From NCBI GenBank assembly GCA_964016885.1, contig OZ024741.1, forward strand, positions 138,880,001 to 138,944,000: a stretch of DNA of 64,000 nucleotides, read 5' to 3'. The DNA is from Eledone cirrhosa (taxonomy: Eukaryota). This document shows, piece after piece, positions 1 through 11,902 of the stretch (the stretch's first letter is position 1; each line of letters opens with the position of its first letter). The notes under the pieces are model-generated. The model made no database searches, was not told the origin of the DNA, and saw only the letters and a program-made list of their open reading frames with translations. The position numbers and the translations under genes are program-made.

Positions 1-172
1 TGATTTCTTAACTTCATAAGGCATATTGTTGGTTGAGGGAATATTAATCAAAAACACCACATGCAAGTCTGCACAGTAGACACTACAGTTTTTAAGCCAA
101 GAAAGAAACTTAACATTGTAACTTTAACACAGCTACTGAGCGACCCCGAGCAACGCCGGGCTTTACTGCTAG
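1..172 (+). mobile_element. Helitron 3' terminus (5' part lies outside the window or is unresolved)
   Basis: GC hairpin cccgagcaacgccggg (145-160), then 8 nt, then CTAG (169-172) followed by T: the canonical Helitron 3' end. Confidence 0.7.
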
Positions 173-319
173 TATATAATAAATAAAATCGTTAATTTAC
201 ATATAATAAATAATATAATATCAATATGTGTAAATAAATATTATATATTTTTTTATATTAATATGTTTATATATAATATGTATCCATTGATATTTAATAT
301 ACTATTATATCATCTATAC

Positions 320-408
320 CACCACCCCAGCGCTCCCTTAGACCTCAATGCCCCGTGGACCTTCTCAACACCCCCCGGTGGCCGTAGCGCCCACTCTCAG
401 AGCCTCTG
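320..408. mobile_element. Degenerate hAT (Charlie-like) terminal region
   Basis: Reverse complement reads CAGAGGCTCTGAGAGTGGGCGCTACGGCCACCGGGGGG, resembling CAGTGGTTCTCAAAGTGGG-type TIRs; flanked by a tctaaa-like target; partner end not found. Confidence 0.45.
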
Positions 409-1375
409 ATCTAAATGAAAAGAGAATATTAGTAAATAACAACAATATATTGTAAGAAACGTAAACTCATAATGCCGTAGAGAATATAATTGAATTCATA
501 TCAATATACCAGAGATGTAGAGAAAAACATCGAAAATCTCTTCTCATATATGTCATATATATTTGTGTAGGAATGTCCTTCCTTGCGTTAACGGTAGTGT
601 GTTACAGTTGGAAAAATTCTATTGATTATCAGTTCGGTTAACATTGTTGGGAAATCTAAAGATGGGTAGAGTTGATAGAAATAAATAGAAAAAACGCCAT
701 TATAGTTTTGATTTGAATATAGGTTTTATTTCAATAAAACTGACAAATCGAACTATAAGCATTTTCTGATTTAAGAAGATATTTTAATAAATTTGAATGT
801 AAATTATAGGCCGGATGCCGAATTTCCGAACCTAAAATTAATATAAAACATTATATATTTTACAATATGCAAATCGCCTGAAATTATTAAAAGAAGACAT
901 TTTCTGGCAAGTATTTATTTAACTATTTCTAATAAAGCGATAAAAATGGTAATCCTTAAAATTAACAACTATTCATAATGTTTCGAGTGTAAATATTTAG
1001 CTTATGCCCGACAGACTACGGGTCGTGCTTTCATCCTTACTTAAAGCACGCTCTAATATAGAATGTTTCCAACTAAATAAATAATTCTGTTCGATTTTAA
1101 TATTTTAAAATATAAATATAAATAAAATAAGAAATTATCAGCAACTTCTCTCTTTTCATATGTAAAGATCTATAGATTTCAAGTTTAATAAAATAAAATG
1201 ATTTCAATTAAATAAAATATATAAACAATAAGTTTTTGTCAAACATGATGGGAATCTTTAAATAAGACCTTGAAATATATTAATCCACCAGAAAAAAATA
1301 CAATCTATTGTTAGACAAATATCCAATCAAAGAAAGAGATTATATGCAGTATCACATACATGCATACACAGAGAA

Positions 1376-1377
<2 letters not shown>

Positions 1378-1437
<60 letters not shown>
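1378..1437. repeat. (TA)n microsatellite
   Basis: Direct reading. Confidence 0.95.
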
Positions 1438-1438
<1 letters not shown>

Positions 1439-1862
1439 CGATTCCAAATTATATCGATTTCATAAGGATTTATAGCTTCAACTACAAAGCTTGGGACATG
1501 CTATATTGAATGTTTCCTCAAACTACACGATTGCTCGGATCACCTGTGATATTTTTTTAATCCCTGTTTCAGTCTGTTTGACTGTAGCTATAACAATTCC
1601 GGAAATCTCTTTCTAGTTTGCATGTCAATAATTCTTCAGAAAATCGGTTTGATTGAATTAATAATAAGAAACACCCGTCACCAAATAATACAAATCGAAG
1701 GAAAAAAAAAGAAACATTGAACATTTCCTTTTTAAAATAACGAGACATGGAGACGTCTACTAAACGTGCCGTTCAAATAATCATATGTATAATTATCAAG
1801 AAAGATTGGGGGATACGGAGTTCGAACGTCATCGATGTAGTTTAATATGAAATTACAACGAC

Positions 1863-1972
<110 letters not shown>

Positions 1973-2208
1973 TGTGTGTGTGTGTTAGGGGTAATATAAG
2001 ATGAATAAATTAAGACCAGCCTTGAAAAATTATATTCTAGAGTCGATATATATATATATATATATATATAATAAATGTAATCTGAGTTTTTCGAATATTA
2101 ATAATAACATTCGATTCGTTTGCAATTATGCAAAGAGCCTCAATTTTATAGCCATGTCAGTAGAATCAACCCTTCATTCTTGCTGTTGTGTTGGCATGTG
2201 AACAGAAC

Positions 2209-2250
2209 TGCAGACACTGATGTTTCTGGGTATCACCCTTCATCAGTACA
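2209..2250 (-). ncRNA. Minimal type I hammerhead ribozyme motif
   Basis: tgta-CTGATGA-agggtgataccca-GAAAC-atcagt-GTC-tgca; the + copy at 2703-2744 has GAAG instead of GAAA. Confidence 0.7.
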
Positions 2251-2826
2251 TCTCACTGTTCACTGTTCACCTGCTATTTTCAAAAATACACAGTGACTGA
2301 TCGGCCTGATTTGCATGTTAGGAGACTGACTGATCAGTCGGATCTGCATATTAGCAGATCCACTGATCAGCCAGATTTACATGTCACCAGACTGGCCAGT
2401 CAGTTTCCTGTATACGAACGATAAATAGCCGGCTTTGCCAAATTCAAATAAAAAAGAAAATGTTCGCTCTGCATGGCTGAATACTATAAATGTAATCTGA
2501 GTTTTTCGAATATTAATAATAACATTCGATTCGTTTGCAATTATGCAAACAAGCCTCAATTTTATAGCCATATCAGTCTACTCAGATGGCTATACAATTT
2601 TCTTTTTTATTTGAATTTGGCAAAGCCAACCATTTATCGCTCGTATACAGGAAACTGACTGGCCAGTCTGCTGATATGCAAATTTGGCAGTGAAAGGTGA
2701 GCTTTACTGATGAAGGGTGATACTCAGAAGCATTAATGTCTGCAGTTCTGTTCAGATGCCAACACAAGAGCAAGAATGACATGGCTATAAAATTGACGCT
2801 TGTTTGCATAGTTGCAAACGAATCGA

Positions 2827-2997
2827 TATCGGTAGAGGGTCGGACGCCATGCTTTCCAGTATAGTTACGTCCCTTTACGATCTGAGTTCAAATCTCGCCG
2901 AGGTTGACTTTGCCTTTCATCCTTAAGGGGTCGATAAAATAAAGTACCAGTAATGCACTGGGTAATTTGCTGGCCTTGTGCCTAAAGTAGAAACAAT
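2827..2997 (+). mobile_element. tRNA-derived SINE with Nin-like domain (family A)
   Basis: B-box-like gagttcaaatc, then gcctttcatcct..gggtcgataaaataaagtaccag; near-identical copies elsewhere in the window. Confidence 0.85.
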
Positions 2998-3059
2998 AAT
3001 TAATATTCGAAAAACTCAGATTACATTTATTGTATTCAGCCATGTAGAGCGTACATTTT

Positions 3060-3094
<35 letters not shown>

Positions 3095-3117
3095 AGAGTG
3101 AGAGAGAGAGAGAGAGA

Positions 3118-3358
3118 GAAATTGGAAATAGCACGGAAAATATATCTAAGGGTCTGCCTATATATTTTTTTTCTTTGATTCGTCAAAGTGACATTATTGA
3201 AAAGATGAGGGGGACAATTCTTTTAAAAAAGAGTTTTATAATGTATATAAAATTCATCTGATCAAATTTTAACTATTATAATTAAAAAGAATTAATAAGA
3301 ATTAAAAACTAAAAATTAAAGATTTAAAATTAAGTGTTGGGGTAAGTTTTTCCGTCTT
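3118..3358. repeat. Dispersed repeat homologous to 57730-57985
   Basis: Shared attggaaata..aaatatat.taagggtctg, cgtcaaagtg.cattatt and ttcatctgatcaaat blocks. Confidence 0.65.
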
Positions 3359-3390
3359 CGTTGTAGAGAAAGGGGACTGGAATAAAAATA

Positions 3391-3700
3391 TGAAGGCGTA
3401 TGGTTTAGTCGTTAGAGGATTGGGCTTACAATTGGAATGATCGGGTGATGTGTTCTTTCCTTGAGCAGGACACCTTTTCACGGTGTCCCTGTTACTCAGC
3501 TGTAGAAATGAGTTGCGATGTCACTGGTGTCAAGCTGTATCGTCCATTGCTTTTCCCTTGGACATCATCGGTGGCGTTTAGAAGGGAGGCTGGTATGAAT
3601 GGGTGACTGCTCGTTTTACATTTGTGCCTCGAAGGTAAACATTCTAGGTGCAAATTTCATGATGGTTTTTGACCGAAGGGAGTCTTTATCCTTTACCCTA
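3391..3700 (+). mobile_element. tRNA/CORE-like SINE (family B)
   Basis: gaaggcgtatggtttagtcgttag head, ccttgagcaggacac CORE-like block, cagctgtagaaatgagttgcga; homologous to 30900-31145 on the - strand. Confidence 0.65.
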
Positions 3701-4250
3701 TATAGAGAGGGTGGACATGACTCGTGCGATTTGTGTGTCACAGAGATTATGGAAATAATCGAGAGGGGAGCTCAAGTTAACAATAAAAGTAGTAACCTCT
3801 TCAGCATCTGCCTCCACAGATCTTCTGGAACCTTCCGCAAACTGTACAGAATAACAACGTAGTTGTGCTATTTGAAGACTTTTGAAAACTTGTCCGTGGA
3901 AGCCGGGCATGGCCACGCAGCAACCCCAGCGTAAGGCGAACCTTGGATATCTTATTTGCACACCTGGAGTCTCTATGTGTACATGTTTCTTGTCCTTTGT
4001 TCCCTATTCCTCTGTTTATATACCTACTGTTGTTTTTTATGTATTTTGTCTCGTTCTTTTATTAATGTGTTATCTATATGTGTTCTCGTTTCTTATCTAC
4101 TTGTTCCTGTCCCTACTTTCGCTTCCTGTAACAGCCCTTTTGATATTATTTTTGCCACTGTAGTTGGGACTGAATGCTATGACCATTGCTGGCCTTGTGC
4201 CTTACAATGATAGAGTGGATTGTATCAACTGGGAATGTATTTGTTTATAT
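3700..4250 (+). mobile_element. 5'-truncated PLE 3' end (Hydra-like C-terminus plus 3' UTR)
   Basis: YREGGHDSCDLCVTE..NNKSSNLFSICLHR aligns with CRLCNVE..LNNRIERSLYCNHR (7314 ORF) and CNLCLNE..NRRTDLFSICLHK (38820-38949). Confidence 0.65.
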
Positions 4251-4329
4251 ATATAAATACCCATCTATGTTTTTATACCATTTTCACTTTCTTGTTTCAA
4301 CGGACTACTATTGTGGTTAGTTTATTTTT

Positions 4330-4829
4330 CATGGAAGCGTGGCTATTTTCCTCTTGCCGCCGCCGTCGCCGTGGTGGGGTCATCGCTGGTCTTGTTGTTA
4401 TTGGTGTTACCAATGGCTTAATACTGACATAGATGATACCACCACTACTACGACGAACGGGGTAGGTGATATGGCGGTCTTGGTGCATGTTGCCGTTGCC
4501 ATTGCTGTTGTTACTGTTTATGGTCATGGTGATTGATACCACCAACTCTGTGTACCCACCTACCTCTAAAATCCTTTTTATTGCTTTGGCGTTATTGCTG
4601 TTTACGGTCGACAGGGTGGTACCGTTACTGGGACGACTGCGATCTGGTCTGTGTTTTTGCTGCTGTTGTCGTCTGTTGCTGCTGTTGTCGTTATAAGTGT
4701 TTTACTGTGGCTGTTGCTTTAGTTGTTGTTGTCAATAGGGTGGTGGTATCACCACGACTATTGCGACCAGTGTAGACAACTTTGTTCGGCGGTTAGGTGT
4801 TACTGTCATGGTTGTTGTTGTAGTTGTCG

Positions 4830-4863
<34 letters not shown>

Positions 4864-4918
4864 AGTTGTTGTCTATAGGTGGTTGTAAACTAAATATATA
4901 CCCCCCCCCCCCCCCCCC
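4330..4918. repeat. Degenerate trinucleotide (GTT/GCT/GGT) low-complexity tract ending in (GTT)n and poly-C
   Basis: Direct reading. Confidence 0.75.
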
Positions 4919-5119
4919 TCAGAGCTCCTTTTATTGCTTCAACTGTCCACTGGGTTTTGGCTGCACACAGTTCTTCGTTCTTTCCGTCTTCTTTCGTTGA
5001 TAGCTTTTTCTAAGAAACGCGATGGCTGGGAAACCCTTCAAGGAACTTATATATATGATGGGCGCACAGGCATTAGGATGTGTGTTTTCCTGCCAGCGAC
5101 ATATCACAATTATCGATTT

Positions 5120-5207
5120 TCATCTGAGGAAACCGTTCTCTTCATCAACAGCAAATACTTGAAGGATATCTCGATTGCATGGAGAACCGTGGAAATAATT
5201 ATTATGA
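5120..5207 (+). ncRNA. Hammerhead ribozyme motif with extended stem II
   Basis: tcat-CTGAGGA-aaccgttctc...gagaaccgtg-GAAA-taatta-TT-atga; stem I tcat/atga, palindromic stem III. Confidence 0.55.
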
Positions 5208-5438
5208 TTAAACGATATATACAACCTCAGCATCTTATTTTGTTATATTTATATATATATAGTAAAATGTTCAAGACCTCGCGACAGCAGAGCTCGAGTC
5301 GCTTCGACGTCTATTTCTGGACCAGAAACGGCTCGAGCTCTGCCGTCGGGGTCTTGAACCTTTTCCTATTTCACACTCTACTACCTTAAGTATTGAGTAC
5401 TCTGGTACGTTATATTCTACCTGGTTCCTTACCACACA

Positions 5439-5529
<91 letters not shown>

Positions 5530-5690
5530 CCAAGGCTCTGATACCATCAACACAATAAACACAGAGCTGGCATATCTAAGAACTGGCTATCTTCGAAATA
5601 CCTATCATCGAAATATATATACCAGTAAATAAGTAAATAAAGGATCATGAGTGTATGCAACTGACTTATGTTTCGTCACTATATATATAT

Positions 5691-6510
5691 CATCATCATC
5701 AACGTTTAACGTCCGTGTTCCACGCTTGCATGGGTTTGGACGGGGGTAGTCCCACTTGAGGCAAGAGTGATTGTCTTGCTCGCATAGGACTGTCTGGCAG
5801 GTTTTCTACAGTTGGATGCCCTTCCTAACACCAACCACATTTACAGTGTGGGTCTGGGAGGTTTTTACCGTGTTGCCTACACGGCCACATTACAGCGTGG
5901 ACTGTGTGTTTTTTTGTCGTGACACCTACACGATCTCATTTGTTTCGGCCTGGATGGCGCGGCACCAACATAACTTTACATAGGACGGGGTGGTGTGGAT
6001 GGGTGGGGGTGGTGGCGGGACGGGGTGTATTTTGTTAGAGATGCCTACTGGCAAGGCGGGTCTTCTCTGTTACTGAGTACCGCCAAAGGTCTCGGTCCAG
6101 TGACATTGTCTTGGAGAGGTGTAAGTGTGTGAGGTCGGAGTTTATCAGCTCGTCCCAGGTTTTTCTAGGTCTGCCTATTCCGTGGCTACCGTCTATCTTT
6201 AGTGCCCTGCACTTTGTTATACAGCTATCGTCTTTCATGCGCATCACGTGTCCATACCAACGTAGCCTTCTCTCGAGTAAACAACATCTGATCCCTCTTA
6301 TCTCTAATTTTTTCCTTAGTTCGTTTATGCTTTGCCGTTCACGTATATTACTGTTACACATCCAGCGGAGCATGCAAGCTTCGTTCCTCTCTAGTCTGCG
6401 TATATCCTCTGCACACAATGCCCAGGTCTGACTGCCATGCAACATTGCTGTTCGTATGCAGGCATCGTACAACCTGCCTTTCATTTTTAGGGAGAACCCT
6501 TTAGCAGCTA
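5691..6510 (-). mobile_element. RTE-clade LINE, 5'-truncated 3' fragment
   Basis: ORF 6035-6484: KGRLYDACIRTAMLHGSQTW..RRLRWYGHVMRM..GRPRKTW; (GAT)n tail at 5691-5700. Confidence 0.85.
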
Positions 6511-7313
6511 ATATATATATATATATCCATCTTTTTACTTACTATATATATATATATATATATATAAAATTTCAGGTTATCAATAATGTAGTGATAATAT
6601 ATCGTTACGTTAGAGATGAACAGCGTACGTGCAGGTTTGCTCAACGAGTATAAATTATATTCCGGAGAAATGTAGAAAGGATGAATATAAAATGAAAGTG
6701 CTTTTGTTAAAAAAGGAATTTATTAGGTATTGACATATGTTTCTGTAACAGACCGAATACCTATGTATCGCTGCTTGCGTAATCATATAATGTTAGCAAG
6801 TATTCGATAGCAAATGTATAATCAGTTGTCACTTCTTCAGAGATTTTGGATAAACTGGATAAAATCAGAAAAATTGAAGTATTTATATTAGTAAAAGAGG
6901 AAGGAACAGAGGGGATAGAATATGACAGATGGTAAAATAATTTACTGCTAAACAAGTATATAATGGGTTTTTAATGAGAATACCATGAGTAAATCTAAAT
7001 AAGAATTTTGGGGGTGCCGATTTTAATCTCTACTTGACCAACTGGACAGTGGACAGGGCTGGTCATTTGGTGCAGTAGTATTAATCATAAAGTGTCAATT
7101 GGGGAAGGGGGAGATTTCGATTGCTACTAAATAACGTCAATGCTAGTAGTCAGCTGGTATTTGCACTAGGGAATTGAATCAAAAAATCAGAAATCTCATT
7201 TTATCTATAGCAGTTTGTATTAAAAGGTAAATAATAGAAGAGTTGATAGAATTAAGACTAATAAAGAATGTTCATATCTATTTTGACAATCAAACGGGGA
7301 TAGAGACAGGCGT

Positions 7314-8971
7314 TCAATCCTGGTAGTATTTATAATATGAAAATGTAGATTTTAAGCGATGGTTACAGTATAACGATCGCTCTATTCTGTTATTTAATAA
7401 AATGTTTTTGGATTTCATAATACAAAATAATTCTACATTACATAATCTACAAAATTCCTGTCCATTGGTATATGGGGGGGCAGACGCTATTATATCCCAT
7501 TTTAGGTGAAATTGTTGGTTATTTTCACGCAGCTGCCAAGCCTTGTCTGCGAGTGTTGTTACATAACGCTGGTTTTCATGTTTTATCGAATAACGATGTC
7601 TATAAAGGCGTGATTTAAAGGAGGTGGCTGTAGATCCCACATAGTACCACTTCTGTCTATCCGATTCGATAGTACATTTGTATACGATGTTGCGTTCAAG
7701 ACACTGATTGTTCAACGGACACATTCCTGGTTGGACACAGTTGCAATTACAATTTTGCGTTGTTGTATTGCCATGGATGGGTTGATGAGGTTGCTTATGT
7801 AGGACAGGATGTTGTTTGTTGTTTTGTGATGTTATAGCTAATGTTTTACGTGTATTGTTATGTGTTGGAAGGCGTTTATACAACCGTTTTGCGTTAAGCA
7901 TTTTTATATGTTGTTCAATATTAGGGGCGGTTGAATATGAAAGTCGGATGGTGTTAGGGTTTAAGATTTTATTATATTTATGTGATGTTGGAAAGTGTTT
8001 TCTAACTAATCGAAAGAATTTTGAGGGTAGATTGGTTTGAATAGATTTGTTATAGACCGGGTTGTACCAGATATACTCCTTGCATCGCCTTCTGTTTGGT
8101 GGTGTGCGACTATTATTGTGTCTATTGCGGTAGTGTATGTATGGTGGTGATTCTGTGCTATTTCTACTCCTATGTGATTTATTTTGGGTGTTTTGGTGAT
8201 CATTGACTATATACTCTATATTATCTAGGTGACCGGCTTTCCTAAGTGCATCATCATAATACTCGGCATGTTCTTTGAAGGTTTGTTGGTTGGACGATAG
8301 GCGGGAGATTCTAAGAGAAACATTTCTAGGGATGGATTTAATTATAGAGAGTGGATGGTTAGAACTCGTATTTACATATTTAAGGTTCTCATTTAGTTTA
8401 TGGAACGGTTTAATCGTATCTGTATTGAGATTGAAAGTAACATCAAGGAAATTGACCTCTTTGAGGTTATATTCAAATGTAATATTTAATCCTAGTTCTT
8501 TAAAAAGTTTTCTGATATTTTTACGCATCCTTTCTAAATTCTGGTTATTCATATTCTTAACTAATAGGAGCGCATCGTCACGGTAAATTCCACCGTGGAG
8601 ATCCTTGAATTTTCCTTGTAATCTGTGGGTGATATAAATTCCCACAAGATCTGTTACCTCCGCCGAATCATTAGAACCCATAGTGATATCAAAATTAGAA
8701 GGTCTATCTTTGCGAACCCAGTAGCTATCATCGAATTTAACTATAGTTTTTCTCGCTTCCATAATAATTTTAATTTCAGCATCCGTAAGGTCGGAATTAT
8801 CCTTAGCGAACGAAAGAGCTTCATGTAGAGTATCAGGTGAAATTGAGGAATAATATTCATCAATATCAAACTGAATAAATTTTGATTTTTTCTTATCAGT
8901 AATGTTGTTAAACCATCTTATTGCTTCATGAGTGTTACCCCATAGTTTAATCTCTACTTTACCCTTAACTT
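7314..8971 (-). CDS. PLE reverse transcriptase + GIY-YIG endonuclease, N-terminally truncated, frame open
   Basis: FIQFDIDEYYSSI (upstream of the track Met), ITMGSNDSAEVTDLVG, YRDD, CNCVQPGMC linker, IVYKC..YVGST..RLYRH, C-terminal CRLC..E..LN..C.HR. Confidence 0.88.
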
Positions 8972-8977
8972 TTGGAT

Positions 8978-9858
8978 ATGTCGTTAAAAAACATACCTAT
9001 TCAGGCAAAAAGGGAATATATTCTAGGTATGATACTAAGGACCAATGATTTTATTCGACGAATCAGATGGAAAACATTCCATTTTGACAAAAGCCGTATA
9101 AACCAAACATCGGATCTTAACAAGGATAAATTTGGATTTAAATCTTACAAGAACCCACCCTCAAACCCACTTTTGGATGCATTTGAACAAGACCTAATGG
9201 ATATGATCATGGAGGTCAAATTTACAAAACGTAAGAACAATAAACTACAGAATGACATCACGGCACTGCTCAATAATCTAAAAAACGCCAATGGAGTTAT
9301 TGTTAGAGCAGACAAAACATCAAACGTATATACCATGGATGTGGACACTTACAATAACTTCATCCGTAAGGAATTGCATAAAAAATACAGGAAAACTAAT
9401 GAAGCCACACTTAAAAACATCAACAACTCGGCATGTGATATTGTTAAAAAACTTTGTATTGACGATAGAACGCAACCCTTAACACCAGCTATACCATCCT
9501 TCAACCTGAAGGACCACAAGGTAAACTTCGATACTAACCCTAATATTAGACTTATATGCCCCTCTAAATCTGATATAGGTAAAATTAGCAAATATATACT
9601 TGACAGAATTATCCCCCAAGTTAAGGTTAAAGTAGAGATTAAACTATGGGGTAACACTCATGAAGCAATAAGATGGTTTAACAACATTACTGATAAGAAA
9701 AAATCAAAATTTATTCAGTTTGATATTGATGAATATTATTCCTCAATTTCACCTGATACTCTACATTAAGCTCTTTCGTTCGCTAAGGATAATTCCGACC
9801 TTACGGATGCTGAAATTAAAATTATTATGGAAGCGAGAAAAACTATAGTTAAATTCGA
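8978..9858 (+). pseudogene. PLE ORF N-terminal half (MSLKNIP..ADKT..FDIDEYYSSI) with premature TAA and downstream deletion
   Basis: SLKNIP, RRIRWKT, ADKTSNVY and LKDHK motifs; TAA at 9767-9769 where the inverted copy has GAA. Confidence 0.85.
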
Positions 9859-10196
9859 AGTGGTACTATGTGGGATCTACAGCCACCTCCTTTAAATCAC
9901 GCCTTTATAGACATCGTTATTCGATAAAACATGAAAACCAGCGTTATGTAACAACACTCGCAGACAAGGCTTGGCAGCTGCGTGAAAATAACCAACAATT
10001 TCACCTAAAATGGGATATAATAGCGTCTGCCCCCCCATATACCAATGGACAGGAATTTTGTAGATTATGTAATGTAGAATTATTTTGTATTATGAAATCC
10101 AAAAACATTTTATTAAATAACAGAATAGAGCGATCGTTATACTGTAACCATCGCTTAAAATCTACATTTTCATATTATAAATACTACCAGGATTGA
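9859..10196 (+). pseudogene. PLE GIY-YIG C-terminal fragment
   Basis: Identical to the C-terminal ~107 aa of the 7314 ORF. Confidence 0.85.
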
Positions 10197-10832
10197 ACGC
10201 CTGTCTCTATCCCCGTTTGATTGTCAAAATAGATATGAACATTCTTTATTAGTCTTAATTCTATCAACTCTTCTATTATTTACCTTTTAATACAAACTGC
10301 TATAGATAAAATGAGATTTCTGATTTTTTGATTCAATTCCCTAGTGCAAATACCAGCTGACTACTAGCATTGACGTTATTTAGTAGCAATCGAAATCTCC
10401 CCCTTCCCCAATTGACACTTTATGATTAATACTACTGCACCAAATGACCAGCCCTGTCCACTGTCCAGTTGGTCAAGTAGAGATTAAAATCGGCACCCCC
10501 AAAATTCTTATTTAGATTTACTCATGGTATTCTCATTAAAAACCCATTATATACTTGTTTAGCAGTAAATTATTTTACCATCTGTCATATTCTATCCCCT
10601 CTGTTCCTTCCTCTTTTACTAATATAAATACTTCAATTTTTCTGATTTTATCCAGTTTATCCAAAATCTCTGAAGAAGTGACAACTGATTATACATTTGC
10701 TATCGAATACTTGCTAACATTATATGATTACGCAAGCAGCGATACATAGGTATTCGGTCTGTTACAGAAACATATGTCAATACCTAATAAATTCCTTTTT
10801 TAACAAAAGCGCTTTCATTTTATATTCATCCT

Positions 10833-10898
<66 letters not shown>

Positions 10899-11022
10899 AA
10901 CTTTTTACTTGCACTTAACACTATGACTTACTAAAGTAAACAAACCACTATCCGGATGGATAGTGGTTTGTTTACTTTTTGAAAGGGTATGTCAATATCT
11001 ATTTGTAAAACTGTTATATATT

Positions 11023-11087
11023 GTATTTTGTCTGATGAAGGCATACCATGATTTAACTTGGTATCCTTGAAATATATATAATGAATT
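11023..11087 (+). ncRNA. Hammerhead ribozyme motif in a short TA-flanked element (10897-11130)
   Basis: tattttgt-CTGATGA-aggcatacca..tggtatcctt-GAAA-tatata-TA-atgaatt; homolog at 25025-25090. Confidence 0.65.
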
Positions 11088-11124
11088 AAATATGGTTTTA
11101 TAAATATAGTTTCCATTTATAAAT

Positions 11125-11210
<86 letters not shown>

Positions 11211-11212
<2 letters not shown>

Positions 11213-11888
11213 CAAGGGAGTGTAAAAACAGAACAAAATTTAAAAAATAATAAATAATTAAATTCCAAAAATGTCACTGTAATTATTATATGTGCCTTAC
11301 CGCGGTTTCAGATCCCAAATGGATTTCCATTGAGAAATGGGTCTCTACCATTGGGGAGAATAATAATAAAAGGATGTGTCCTATATGTAATTAATACATA
11401 CAGGGATACAAGTATAGTCCATATGCCAGTGTGGTTCAATAGCAAGTTAATAAATAATCGCTAGTATAGCTGCTATTTTTGGAGAATTATATTGACCTGT
11501 CCAACGTGCTGTCGCCTTTGCACGCGTTCCTAACCATAACTGATTCATTCTGAGGTTTGGCGCTAGTTTGTAATTTGAACTCGGGAATTTTATATTTTTC
11601 GAGTGAGAAAAGCCTTCTGACGATGATTTCTTTCTCAATGATTTCCACTGGGATTTTCTATTTATTTGGGATTTGAAACCGCGGTAAAGGCACATATAGT
11701 AAGTACAATGAATTTTTTAGAATTTAATTATTTATTATTTTTAAAGATATTTTCTGTGTTTACACTCCCTTGAGTTTATATGTTCTGGCTTGTTAATTTA
11801 TTAACTTGCTATTGAACCACACTGGCATACGGACTATACTTGTATGCCTGTATGTATTAATTACATATAGGACACATACTTTTATTAT
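11211..11888. mobile_element. Non-autonomous HHR element with permuted inverted copy
   Basis: 11212-11320 is inverted at 11665-11773; 11364-11454 is inverted at 11797-11888; TA-flanked. Confidence 0.8.
11612..11691 (+). ncRNA. Hammerhead ribozyme motif
   Basis: gcctt-CTGACGA-[~50 nt]-GAAAC-cgcg-GTA-aaggc; stem I gcctt/aaggc, palindromic accgcggt. Confidence 0.7.
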
Positions 11889-11902
11889 ATATATATATAT
11901 AT

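Larger units (their letters stand above)
2071..3062. mobile_element. Non-autonomous HHR-containing element: about 416-bp unit x1.2 plus an inverted copy, interrupted by a SINE
   Basis: 2071-2156 repeats at 2486-2571; 2597-2826 plus 2998-3062 is the reverse complement of the unit; (TA)n on both sides. Confidence 0.8.
6565..10837. mobile_element. Penelope-like element (Hydra-clade-like), head-to-head inverted composite of two partial copies
   Basis: 6673-7653 is the reverse complement of 9857-10837; 8731-8971 is the reverse complement of 9618-9858; (TA)n on both sides. Confidence 0.9.

Noticed and set aside
2295-2403. CRISPR-like array
   Set aside because: Contiguous degenerate tandem repeats with no spacers, no cas genes and a eukaryotic context
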